From assembly GCF_963921235.1 (NCBI RefSeq), contig NC_086108.1:5084001-5148000 (forward strand): DNA of 64,000 nt. Reading direction: 5' to 3'. The notes under the pieces were generated by a model. It made no database searches. It was not told the DNA's origin and saw nothing but the letters and a program-made list of their open reading frames with translations. Source of the stretch: Mobula hypostoma (Eukaryota). Within the stretch, counting starts at the first letter, position 1; every line of letters begins with the position of its first letter. The position numbers were made by a program, and so were the translations under genes. Positions 24,850 to 37,230 of the stretch are shown piece after piece.

Positions 24850-27800
24850 ATCCCTGTAGCAGTGTCAGGGGTTACAGGTGGGTGAATCCCTGTCGAGTAT
24901 CAGTGCTTACAGTGAAGGAGGGGTATCCCTGTACTATTGTCAGTGGTTACTGTGAGTGGGGCAATCGCTCTACAAGTGTCAGTGGTTACAGTGAGGGGGG
25001 ATCCCTGTACGAATGTTAGTGGTTACAGTGGGGGGGGGTATCCCTGTGCGAGTGTTAGTGGTTACAGTAACGGGGGGAGAATCCCTTACGAGTGTCAGTG
25101 GTTACAGTGAGGGGGGATCCCTGTACGAGTGTCAGTGGTTATAGTGACGGGGGTGGAATCCCTGTGCGAGTGTCAGTGGTTACAGTGAGGGGGGTGGGAT
25201 CCGTGTACGAGTGTCAGTGGTTACAGTGAGGGGGGAGGGAATCCCTGTACGAGTGTCAGTGGTTACAGTGAGGTGGGGGGAATCCCTGTGCGAGTGTCAG
25301 TGGTTACAGTGACGTGGGGGAATCGCTTAGGAGTGTCAGTGGTTACAGTGAGGGAGGGAATCCCTGTACGAGTGTCAGTGGTTATAGTGACCGGGGTGAA
25401 TCCCTGTACGAGTGTCAGTGGTTACAGTGAGGGGGGTGGGATCCCTGTATGAGTGTCAGTGGTTACAGTGAGGGGGGTGGTAAATCCCTCTACGAGTGTC
25501 AGTGGTTACAGTGAGGGACGGAATCCGTGTACGAGTGTCAGTGGTTACAGTGAGGGGGTGATCCCTGTACGAGTGTGAGTGGTTACAGTGAGGGGGGGAG
25601 TCCAAGTACGAGTGTCAGTGGTTACAGTGGGGAGGGGGGAATCACTGTACGAGCGTCAGTGGTTACAGTGAGGGGGGAATGCCTGTATGAGTGTCAGTGA
25701 TTACAGTGAGCGGGGGAATCCCTGTAGGGGTGTCAGTGGTTACAGTGAGGGAGGGAATCCCTGTCGGGGTGTCAGTGGTTACAGTGAGGTGGGATCCCTG
25801 TACGAGTGTCAGTGGTTACAGTAACGGGGGGGGGGATCCCTGTACAAGTGTCAGTGGTTACAGTGAGGGGCGCGGGAATCCCTGTACGAGTGTCAGTGGT
25901 TAAAATGAGGGGGGGATCCCTGTACGAGTGTCAGTGGTTACAGTGAGGGGGGAGTCCCTGTACAAGTGTCAGTGGTGACACTGGGGAGGGGGATCGCTGT
26001 ATGAGTGTCACTGTATACAGTGAGGGGAAGGGAATCCCTGTACGAGTGTCAGAGGTTACAGTGAGGGGGGAATCCCTGTACGAGTGTCAGTGGTTACAGC
26101 GAGGGGGGAATCCCTGTACGAGTGTCAGTGGTTACAGTGAGGGGGGAATCCCTGTACGAGTGTCAGTGGTTACAGCGAGGGGGGAATCCCTGTACGAGTG
26201 TCAGTGGTTACAGTGAGGGGGGCAATCCCTGTACGAGTGTCAGTGGTTAGAGTGAGGGGGGAATCCATGTACGAGTGTCAGTGGTTACAGTGAGGGGGGA
26301 TTCCCTGTACGAGTGTCAGTGGTTACAGTGAGGGGGGAATCCGTGCACGTGTCAGAGGTTACAGTGACGGGGGGGAGTCCCTGTACGAGTGTCAGTGGTT
26401 ACATTGGGGGGGGTATCCCTGTACGAGTGTCAGTGTTTACAGTGAGGGGGGGAAAATCCCTGTACAACTGTCAGTGGTTACAGTGAGGGGGGGAATCCCT
26501 CTACGAGTGTCAGTGGTTACAGTGAGGGGAGGAATCGCTGTACGAGTGTCAGTGTTTACAGTGAGGGGGGATCCCTGTACGAGTGTCAGTGGTTACAGTG
26601 GTGGGCAGGGGAATCCCTGTACGAGTGTCAGTGGTTACAGTGACGGGGTGGAATCCCTTACGAGTGTCAGTGGTTACAGTGAGGGGGAGGGGGGAATCCC
26701 TGTCCGAGTGTCAGTGGTTACAGTTGGGGGGGATTCCCTGTAGGGGTGTCAGTGGTTACAGTGACGGGGGGGGGAATCCCTGTACATGTGTCAGTGGTTA
26801 CAGTGAGGGAGGGAATCCCTGTACGAGTGTCAGTGGTTACAGTCAGTGGGGGGGAATCCCTGTACGAGTGTCAGTGGTTACAGTAACGGGGGGGAATCCC
26901 TGTACAAGTGTCAGTGGTTACAGTGAGGGGGGCGTGAATCCCTGTACGAGTGTCAGTGGTTACAGTGAGGGGGGGAATCCCTGTACGAGTGTCAGTGGTT
27001 ACAGTGAGGGGGGGAAATCCCTGTACCAGTGTCAGTGATTACACTGAGGGGCGGGAAATCCCTGTACGAGTGTCAGTGGTTACAGTGAAGGGAGGAATCC
27101 ATGTACGTGTGTCAGTGGTTACAGTGACGGGGGGGGGAGTCCCTGTACGAGTGTCAGTGGTTACAGTGAGGGGGGGTATCCCTGTACGAGTGTCAGTGGT
27201 TACAGTCAGGGGGGGAAATCCCTGTACGAGTGTCAGTGGTTACAGTGAGGGGGGGAATCCCTGTACGAGTGTCAGTTGGTACAGTGAGGGGAGGAATCGC
27301 TGTACGAGTGTCAGTGGTTACAGTGAGGGGGGATCCCTGTACGAGTGTCAGTGGTTATAGTGACGGGGGTGGAATCCCTGTACGAGTGTCAGTGGTTACA
27401 GTGAGGGGAGGAATCCCTGTACGAGTGTCAGTGGTTACAGTGAGGGGGGATCCCTGTACGAGTGTCAGTGGTTATAGTGACGGGGGTGGAATCCCTGTAC
27501 GAGTGTCAGTGGTTACAGTGAGGGGGGAGGGAATCCCTGTACGAGTGTCAGTGGTTACAGTGAGGTGGGGGGAATCCCTGTGCGAGTGTCAGTGGTTACA
27601 GTGACGTGGGGGAATCCCTTAGGAGTGTCAGTGGTTACAGTGAGGGAGGGAATCCCTGTACGAGTGTCAGTGGTTATAGTGACGGGGGTGAATCCCTGTA
27701 TGAGTGTCAGTGGTTACAGTGAGGGGGGTGGGAATCCCTGTACGAGTGTCAGTGGTTACAGTGAGGGGGGTGGTAAATCCCTCTACGAGTGTCAGTGGTT

Positions 27801-30800
27801 ACAGTGAGGGACGGAATCCGTGTACGAGTGTCAGTGGTTACAGTGAGGGGGTGATCCCTGTACGAGTGTGAGTGGTTACAGTAAGGGGGGGAGTCCAAGT
27901 ACGAGTGTCAGTGGTTACAGTGGGGAGGGGGGAATCCCTGTACGAGCGTCAGTGGTTACAGTGAGGGGGGAATGCCTGTATGAGTGTCAGTGATTACAGT
28001 GAGCGGGGGAATCCCTGTAGGGGTGTCAGTGGTTACAGTGAGGGAGGGAATCCCTTTCGGGGTGTCAGTGGTTACAGTGAGGTGGGATCCCTGTACGAGT
28101 GTCAGTGGTTACAGTCAGTGGGGGGGAATCCCTGTACGAGTGTCAGTGGTTACAGTAACGGGGGGGAATCCCTGTACAAGTGTCAGTGGTTACAGTGAGG
28201 GGCGCGGGAATCCCTGTACGAGTGTCAGTGGTTACAATGAGGGGGGGATCCCTGTACGAGTGTCAGTGATTACACTGAGGGGCGGGAAATCCCTGTACGA
28301 GTGTCAGTGGTTACAGTGAAGGGAGGAATCCATGTACGAGTGTCAGTGGTTACAGTGACGGGGGGGGGAGTCCCTGTACGAGTGTCAGTGGTTACAGTGA
28401 GGGGGGGTATCCCTGTACGAGTGTCAGTGGTTACAGTGAGGGGGGGGAATCCCTGTACGAGTGTCAGTGGTTACAGTGAGGGGGGAATCCCTCTACGAGT
28501 GTCAGTTGGTACAGTGAGGGGAGGAATCGCTGTACGAGTGTCAGTGGTTACAGTGAGGGGGGATCCCTGTACGAGTGTCAGTGGTTATAGTGACGGGGGT
28601 GGAATCCCTGTACGAGTGTCAGTGGTTACAGTGAGGGGGGTGGGATCCGTGTACGAGTGTCAGTGGTTACAGTGAGGGGGGAGGGAATCCCTGTACGAGT
28701 GTCAGTGGTTACAGTGAGGTGGGGGGAATCCCTGTGCGAGTGTCAGTGGTTACAGTGACGTGGGGGAATCCCTTAGTAGTGTCAGTGGTTACAGTGAGGG
28801 AGGGAATCCCTGTACGAGTGTCAGTGGTTATAGTGACGGGGGTGAATCCCTGTACGAGCGTCAGTGGTTACAGTGAGGGGGGGAATCCCTGTATGAGTGT
28901 CAGTGATTACAGTGAGCGGGGGAATCCCTGTAGGGGTGTCAGTGGTTACAGTGAGGGAGGGAATCCCTGTACGAGTGTCAGTGGTTACAGTGAGGGGGGG
29001 GATCGCTGTACGAGTGTCAGTGGTTACAGTCGGGAGGGGAATCCCTGTAGGGGTGTCAGTGGTTACAGTGAGGGGGGATCCCTGTACGAGTGTCAGTGGT
29101 TATAGTGACGGGGGTGGAATCCCTGTACGAGTGTCAGTGGTTACAGTGAGGGGGGTGGGATCCGTGTACGAGTGTCAGTGGTTACAGTGAGGGGGGAGGG
29201 AATCCCTGTACGAGTGTCAGTGGTTACAGTGAGGTGGGGGGAATCCCTGTGCGAGTGTCAGTGGTTACAGTGACGTGGGGGAATCCCTTAGTAGTGTCAG
29301 TGGTTACAGTGAGGGAGGGAATCCCTGTACGAGTGTCAGTGGTTATAGTGACGGGGGTGAATCCCTGTACGAGCGTCAGTGGTTACAGTGAGGGGAATGC
29401 CTGTATGAGTGTCAGTGATTACAGTGAGAGGGGGAATCCTTGTAGGGGTGTCAGTGGTTACAGTGAGTGCGGGAATCCCTGTACGAGTGTCAGTGGTTAC
29501 AGTGAGAGGGGGGAATCCCTGTACGAGTGTCAGTGGTTACAGTGAGGGGGGAATCCCTGTAGGGGTGTCAGTGGTTACAGTGAGGTGGGATCCCTGTACG
29601 AGTGTCAGTGGTTACAGTCAGTGAGGGGGAATCCCTGTACGAGTGTCAGTGGTTACAGTAACGGGGGGGAATCCCTGTACAAGTGTCAGTGGTTACAGTG
29701 AGGGGGGCGGGAATCCCTGTACGAGTGTCAGTGGTTACAGTGAGGGGGGGAATCCCTGTACGAGTGTCAGTGGTTACAGTGAGGGGGGAGTCCCTGTACG
29801 AGTGTCAGTGGTGACAGTGGGGAGAGGGATCGCTGTACGAGTGTCACTGTATACAGTGAGGGGAAGGGAATCCCTGTACGAGTGTCAGAGGTTACAGTGA
29901 GGGGGGAATCCCTGTACGAGTGTCAGTGGTTACAGTGACGGGGGGGGGAGTCCCTGTACGAGTGTCAGTGGTTACATTGCGGGGGGGTATCCCTGTACGA
30001 GTGTCAGTGGTTACAGTGAGGGGGGGGAAATCCCTGTACGAGTGTCAGTGGTTATTGTGAGGGGGGGAATCCCTGCACGAGTGTCAGTGGTTACAGTGAG
30101 GGGAGGAATCGCTGTACGAGTGTCAGTGGTTACAGTGAGGGGGGAATCCCTGTACGAGTGTCAGTGGTTACAGTGACGGGGGTGGAATCCCTGTACGAGT
30201 GTCAGTGGTTACAGTGAGGGGAGGAATCCCTGTACGAGTGTCAGTGGTTACAGTGAGGGGGGATCCCTGTACGAGTGTCAGTGGTTATAGTGACGGGGGT
30301 GGAATCCCTGTGCGAGTGTCAGTGGTTACAGTGAGGGGGGTGGGAATCCCTGTACGAGTGTCAGTGGTTACAGTGAGGGGGGAGGGAATCCCTGTACGAG
30401 TGTCAGTGGTTACAGTGAGGTGGGGGGAATCCCTGTGCGAGTGTCAGTGGTTACAGTGACATGGGGGAATCCCTTAGGAGTGTCAGTGGTTACAGTGAGG
30501 GAGGGAATCCCTGTACGAGTGTCAGTGGTTATAGTGACGGGGGTGAATCCCTGTACGAGTGTCAGTGGTTACAGTGAGGGGGGTGGGATCCCTGTATGAG
30601 TGTCAGTGGTTACAGTGAGGGGGGTGGTAAATCCCTCTACGAGTGTCAGTGGTTACAGTGAGGGACGGAATCCGTGTACGAGTGTCAGTGGTTACAGTGA
30701 GGGGGTGATCCCTGTACGAGTGTGAGTGGTTACAGTAAGGGGGCGAGTCCAAGTATGAGTGTCAGTGGTTACAGTGGGGAGGGGGGAATCCCTGTACGAG

Positions 30801-33800
30801 CGTCAGTGGTTACAGTGAGGGGGGAATGCCTGTATGAGTGTCAGTGATTACAGTGAGCGGGGGAATCCCTGTACGGGTGTCAGTGGTTACAGTGAGGGAG
30901 GGAATCCCTTTCGGGGTGTCAGTGGTTACAGTGAGGTGGGATCCCTGTACGAGTGTCAGTGGTTACAGTCAGTGGGGGGGAATCCCTGTACGAGTGTCAG
31001 TGGTTACAGTAACGTGGGGGAATCCCTGTACAAGTGTCAGTGGTTACAGTGAGGGGCGCGGGAATCCCTGTACGAGTGTCAGTGGTTACAATGAGGGGGG
31101 GATCCCTGTACGAGTGTCAGTGATTACACTGAGGGGCGGGAAATCCCTGTACGATTGTCAGTGGTTACAGTGAAGGGAGGAATCCATGTACGAGTGTCAG
31201 TGGTTACAGTGACGGGAGGGGGAGTCCCTGTACGAGTGTCAGTGGTTACATTGCGGGGGGGTATCCCTGTACGAGTGTCAGTGGTTACAGTGAGGGGGGG
31301 AATCCCTGTACGAGTGTCAGTGGTTACAGTGAGGGGGGAATCCCTGTACGAGTGTCAGTGGTTACAGTGAGGGGAGGAATCGCTGTACGAGTGTCAGTGG
31401 TTACAGTGAGGGGGGATCCCTGTACGAGTGTCAGTGGTTATAGTGACGGGGGTGGAATCCCTGTACGAGTGTCAGTGGTTACAGTGAGGGGGGTGGGTCC
31501 GTGTACGAGTGTCAGTGGTTACAGTGAGGGGGGAGGGAATCCCTGTACGAGTGTCAGTGGTTACAGTGAGGTGGGGGGAATCCCTGTGCGAGTGTCAGTG
31601 GTTACAGTGACGTGGGGGAATCCCTTAGTAGTGTCAGTGGTTACAGTGAGGGAGGGAATCCCTGTACGAGTGTCAGTGGTTATAGTGACGGGGGTGAATC
31701 CCTGTACGAGCGTCAGTGGTTACAGTGAGGGGAATGCCTGTATGAGTGTCAGTGATTACAGTGAGCGGGGGAATCCCTGTAGGGGTGTCAGTGGTTACAG
31801 TGAGGGAGGGAATCCCTGTACGAGTGTCAGTGGTTACAGTGAGGGGGGGGATCGCTGTACGAGTGTCAGTGGTTACAGTCGGGGGGGGAATCCCTGTAGG
31901 GGTGTCAGTGGTTACAGTGAGGTGGGATCCCTGTACGAGTGTCAGTGGTTACAGTCAGTGGGGGGGAATCCCTGTACGAGTGTCAGTGGTTACAGTAACG
32001 GGGGGGGAATCCCTGTACAAGTGTCAGTGGTTACAGTGAGGGAGGCGGGAATCCCTGTACGAGTGTCAGTGGTTACAGTGAGGGGGGGATCCCTGTACGA
32101 GTGTCAGTGGTTACAGTGAGGGGGGAGTCCCTGTACAAGTGTCAGTGGTGACACTGGGGAGGGGGATCGCTGTATGAGTGTCACTGTATACAGTGAGGGG
32201 AAGGGAATCCCTGTACGAGTGTCAGAGGTTACAGTGAGGGGGGAATCCCTGTACGAGTGTCAGTGGTTACAGTGAGGGGGGAATCCCTGTACGACTGTCA
32301 GTGGTTACAGCGAGGGGGGAATCCCTGTACGAGTGTCAGTGGTTACAGTGAGGGGGGAATCCCTGTACGAGTGTCAGTGGTTACAGCGAGGGGGGAATCC
32401 CTGTACGAGTGTCAGTGGTTACAGTGAGGGGGGCAATCCCTGTACGAGTGTCAGTGGTTAGAGTGAGGGGGGAATCCATGTACGAGTGTCAGTGGTTACA
32501 GTGAGGGGGGATTCCCTGTACGAGTGTCAGTGGTTACAGTGAGGGGGGAATCCATGCACGTGTCAGAGGTTACAGTGAGGGGGGAATACCTTTACGAGTG
32601 TCAGAGGTGACGGTGGGGGGGATCGCTGTACGAGTGTCCCTGCATACAGTGAGGGGGAGGGAATCCGTGTATGAGTGTCAGTGGTTACAGTGAGGAGGGA
32701 ATCCCTGTATGAGTATCAGTGGTTACAGTTAGGAGGGGAATCCCTGTAGGGTTGTCAGTGGTTACACTCAGGGGGGAATCCCTGTACGAGTGTCATTGGT
32801 TACAGTAAGGGCGGGAATCGCCAAACGAGTGTCAGTGGTTTCAGTGAGGGGGGAAAATCCCTGTACGAGTGTCAGTGGTTACAGTGAGGGGGGATCCCTG
32901 TACGAATGTCAGTGGTTACAGTGGGGGGGGGGGGAATCCCTGTGCGAGTGTCAGTGGTTACAATAACGGGGGGAGAATCCCTTACGAATGTCAGTGGTTA
33001 CAGTGAAGGAGGGAATCCCTGTACGAGTGTCAGTGGTTACAGTGAGGGAGGTAATCCCTGTGCGAGTGTCAGTGGTTACAGTGGGGGGGGGAGTCCCTGT
33101 AAACGTCTCCGTGGTTACAGTGAGGGGGTGAATCCCTGTACGAGTGTCAGTGGTTACAGTAAGGGGAGGAATCCCTGTACGAGTGTCAGTGGTTACAGTG
33201 AGGGGGGATCCCTGTACGAGTGTCAGTGGTTATAGTGACGGGGGTGGAATCCCTGTACGAGTGTCAGTGGTTACAGTGAGGGGGGTGGGATCCGTGTACG
33301 AGTGTCAGTGGTTACAGTGAGGGGGGAGCGAATCCCTGTACGAGTGTCAGTGGTTACAGTGAGGTGGGGGGAATCCCTGTGCGAGTGTCAGTGGTTACAG
33401 TGACGTGGGGGAATCTCTTAGGAGTGTCAGTGGTTACAGTGAGGGGGGGATCCCTGTACGAGTGTCAGTGGTTACAGTGAGGGGGGAGTCCCTGTACAAG
33501 TGTCAGTGGTGACACTGGGGAGGGGGAATCGCTGTATGAGTGTCAGTGGTTACAGTGAGGGGAAGGGAATCCCTGTACGAGTGTCAGTGGTTACAGTGAG
33601 GGGGGAATCCCTGTACGAGTGTCAGTGGTTACAGTGAGGGGGGAATCCCTGTACGACTGTCAGTGGTTACAGCGAGGGGGGAATCCCTGTACGAGTGTCA
33701 GTGGTTACAGTGAGGGGGGAATCCCTGTACGACTGTCAGTGGTTACAGCGAGGGGGGAATCCCTGTACGAGTGTCAGTGGTTACAGTGAGGGGGGCAATC

Positions 33801-36800
33801 CCTGTACGAGTGTCAGTGGTTAGAGTGAGGGGGGAATCCATGTACGAGTGTCAGTGGTTACAGTGAGGGGGGATTCCCTGTACGAGTGTCAGTGGTTACA
33901 GTAAGGGGGGAATCCGTGCACGTGTCAGAGGTTACAGTGAGGGGGGAATACCTTTACGAGTGTCAGCGGTGACGGTGGGGGGGATCGCTGTACGAGTGTC
34001 CCTGCATACAGTGAGGGGGAGGGTATCCCTTTATGAGTGTCAGTGGTTACAGTGAGGGGGGAATCCCTGTATGAATATCAGTGGTTACAGTTAGGAGGGG
34101 AATCCCTGTAGGGTTGTCAGTGGTTACACTCAGGGGGGAATCCCTGTACGAGTGTCATTGGTTACAGTAAGGGCAGGAATCGCCAAACGAGTGTCAGTGG
34201 TTTCAGTGAGGGGGGAAAATCCCTGTACGAGTGTCAGTGGTTACAGTGAGGGGGGATCCCTGTACGAATGTCAGTGGTTACAGTGAGGGGGGATCCCTGT
34301 ACGAATGTCAGTGGTTACAATAACGGGGGGAGAATCCCTTACGAATGTCAGTGGTTACAGTGAAGGAGGGAATCCCTGTACGAGTGTCAGTGGTTACAGT
34401 GAGGGAGGTAATCCCTGTGCGAGTGTCAGTGGTTACAGTGGGGGGGGGGGAGTCCCTGTAAACGTCTCCGTGGTTACAGTGAGGGGGTGAATCCCTGTAC
34501 GAGTGTCAGTGGTTACAGTGAGGGGAGGAATCCCTGTACGAGTGTCAGTGGTTACAGTGAGGGGGGATCCCTGTACGAGTGTCAGTGGTTATAGTGAGGG
34601 GGGTGGGATCCGTGTACGAGTGTCAGTGGTTACAGTGAGGGGGGAGGGAATCCCTGTACGAGTGTCAGTGGTTACAGTGAGGTGGGGGGAATCCCTGTGC
34701 GAGTGTCAGTGGTTACAGTGACGTGGGGGAATCCCTTAGGAGTGTCAGTGGTTACAGTGAGGGAGGGAATCCCTGTACGAGTGTCAGTGGTTATAGTGAC
34801 GGGGGTGAATCCCTGTACGAGTGTCAGTGGTTACAGTGAGGGGGGTGGGATCCCTGTATGAGTGTCAGTGGTTACAGTGAGGGGGGTGGTAAATCCCTCT
34901 ACGAGTGTCAGTGGTTACAGTGAGGGACGGAATCCCTGTACGAGTGTCAGTGGTTACAGTGAGGGGGTGATCCCTGTACGAGTGTCAGTGGTTACAGTGA
35001 GGGGGGGAGTCCAAGTACGAGTGTCAGTGGTTACAGTGTGGAGGGGGGAATCCCTGTACGAGCGTCAGTGGTTACAGTGAGGGGGGAATCCCTGTATGAG
35101 TGTCAGTGGTTACAGTGAGCGGGGGAATCCCTGTACGAGTGTCAGTGGTTACAGTGAGGGAGGGAATCCCTGTACGAGTGTCAGTGGTTACAGTGAGGTG
35201 GGATCCCTGTACGAGTGTCAGTGGTTACAGTCAGTGGGGGGGAATCCCTGTACGAGTGTCAGTGGTTACAGTAACGGGGGGGAATCCCTGTACAAGTGTC
35301 AGTGGTTACAGTGAGGGGCGCGGGAATCCCTGTACGAGTGTCAGTGGTTACAATGAGGGGGGGATCCCTGTACGAGTGTCAGTGGTTACAGTGAGGGGGG
35401 AGTCCCTGTACAAGTGTCAGTGGTTACAGTGGGGAGGGGGATCGCTGTATGAGTGTCACTGTATACAGTGAGGGGAAGGGAATCCCTGTACGAGTGTCAG
35501 AGGTTACAGTGAGGGGGGAATCCCTGTACGAGTGTCAGTGGTTACAGCGAGGGGGGAATCCCTGTACGAGTGTCAGTGGTTACAGTGAGGGGGGAATCCC
35601 TGTACGACTGTCAGTGGTTACAGCGAGGGGGGAATCCCTGTACGAGTGTCAGTGGTTACAGTGAGGGGGGCAATCCCTGTACGAGTGTCAGTGGTTAGAG
35701 TGAGGGGGGAATCCATGTACGAGTGTCAGTGGTTACAGTGAGGGGGGATTCCCTGTACGAGTGTCAGTGGTTACAGTGGTGGGCGGGGGGAATCCCTGTA
35801 CGAGTGTCAGTGGTTACAGTGACGGGGTGGAATCCCTTACGAGTGTCAGTGGTTACAGTGAGGGGGAGGGAATCCCTGTATGAGTGTCAGTGGTTACAGT
35901 CGGGGGGGGAATCCCTGTAGGGGTGTCAGTGGTTACAGTGACGGGGGGGGGAATCCCTGTACATGTGTCAGTGGTTACAGTGAGGGAGGGAATCCCTGTA
36001 CGAGTGTCAGTGGTTACAGTCAGTGGGGGGGAATCCCTGTACGAGTGTCAGTGGTTACAGTAACGGGGGGGAATCCCTGTACAAGTGTCAGTGGTTACAG
36101 TGAGGGGGGCGTGAATCCCTGTACGAGTGTCAGTGGTTACAGTGAGGGGGGGAATCCCTGTACGAGTGTCAGTGGTTACAGTGAGGGGGGGGGAATCCCT
36201 GTACCAGTGTCAGTGATTACACTGAGGGGCGGGAAATCCCTGTACGAGTGTCAGTGGTTACAGTGAAGGGAGGAATCCATGTACGAGTGTCAGTTGGTAC
36301 AGTGAGGGGAGGAATCGCTGTACGAGTGTCAGTGGTTACAGTGAGGGGGGATCCCTGTACGAGTGTCAGTGGTTATAGTGACGGGGTTGGAATCCCTGTA
36401 CGAGTGTCAGTGGTTACAGTGAGGGGGGTGGGATCCGTGTACGAGTGTCAGTGGTTACAGTGAGAGGGGAGGGAATCCCTGTACGAGTGTCAGTGGTTAC
36501 AGTGAGGTGGGGGGAATCCCTGTGCGAGTGTCAGTGGTTACAGTGACGTGGGGGAATCCCTTAGTAGTGTCAGTGGTTACAGTGAGGGAGGGAATCCATG
36601 TACGAGTGTCAGTGGTTATAGTGACGGGGGTGAATCCCTGTACGAGCGTCAGTGGTTACAGTGAGGGGGGAATCCCTGTATGAGTGTCAGTGATTACAGT
36701 GAGCGGGGGAATCCCTGTAGGGGTGTCAGTGGTTACAGTGAGGGAGGGAATCCCTGTACGAGTGTCAGTGGTTACAGTGAGGGGGGGGATCGCTGTACGA

Positions 36801-37230
36801 GTGTCAGTGGTTACAGTCGGGGGGGGAATCCCTGTAGGGGTGTCAGTGGTTACAGTGAGGTGGGATCCCTGTACGAGTGTCAGTGGTTACAGTCAGTGGG
36901 GGGGAATCCCTGTACGAGTGTCAGTGGTTACAGTGAGGGGGGGAATCCCTGTACGAGTGTCAGTGGTTACAGTGAGGGGGGCGGGAATCCCTGTACGAGT
37001 GTCAGTGGTTACAGTGAGGGGGGGAATCCCTGTACGAGTGTCAGTGGTTACAGTGAGGGGGGAGTCCCTGTACAAGTGTCAGTGGTGACACTGGGGAGGG
37101 GGATCGCTGTATGAGTGTCAGTGGTTACAGTGAGGGGAAGGGAATCCCTGTACGAGTGTCAGTGGTTACAGTGAGGGGGGGGGAATCCCTGTACGAGTGT
37201 CAGTGGTTACAGTGAGGGGGGGGAATCCCT
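24850..37230 (+). repeat. Subfamily B domain (more diverged monomers, ~0.5-2.85 kb higher-order units)
   Basis: Private markers GACGTGGGGG, GGTGGTAAATCCCTCTAC, GAGGGACGGAATCC, GAGTCCAAGTA and GGGGCGCGGG recur in the same order at ~25.3-25.9, ~27.6-28.2, ~30.45-31.1 and ~34.7-35.3 kb. Confidence 0.85.
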
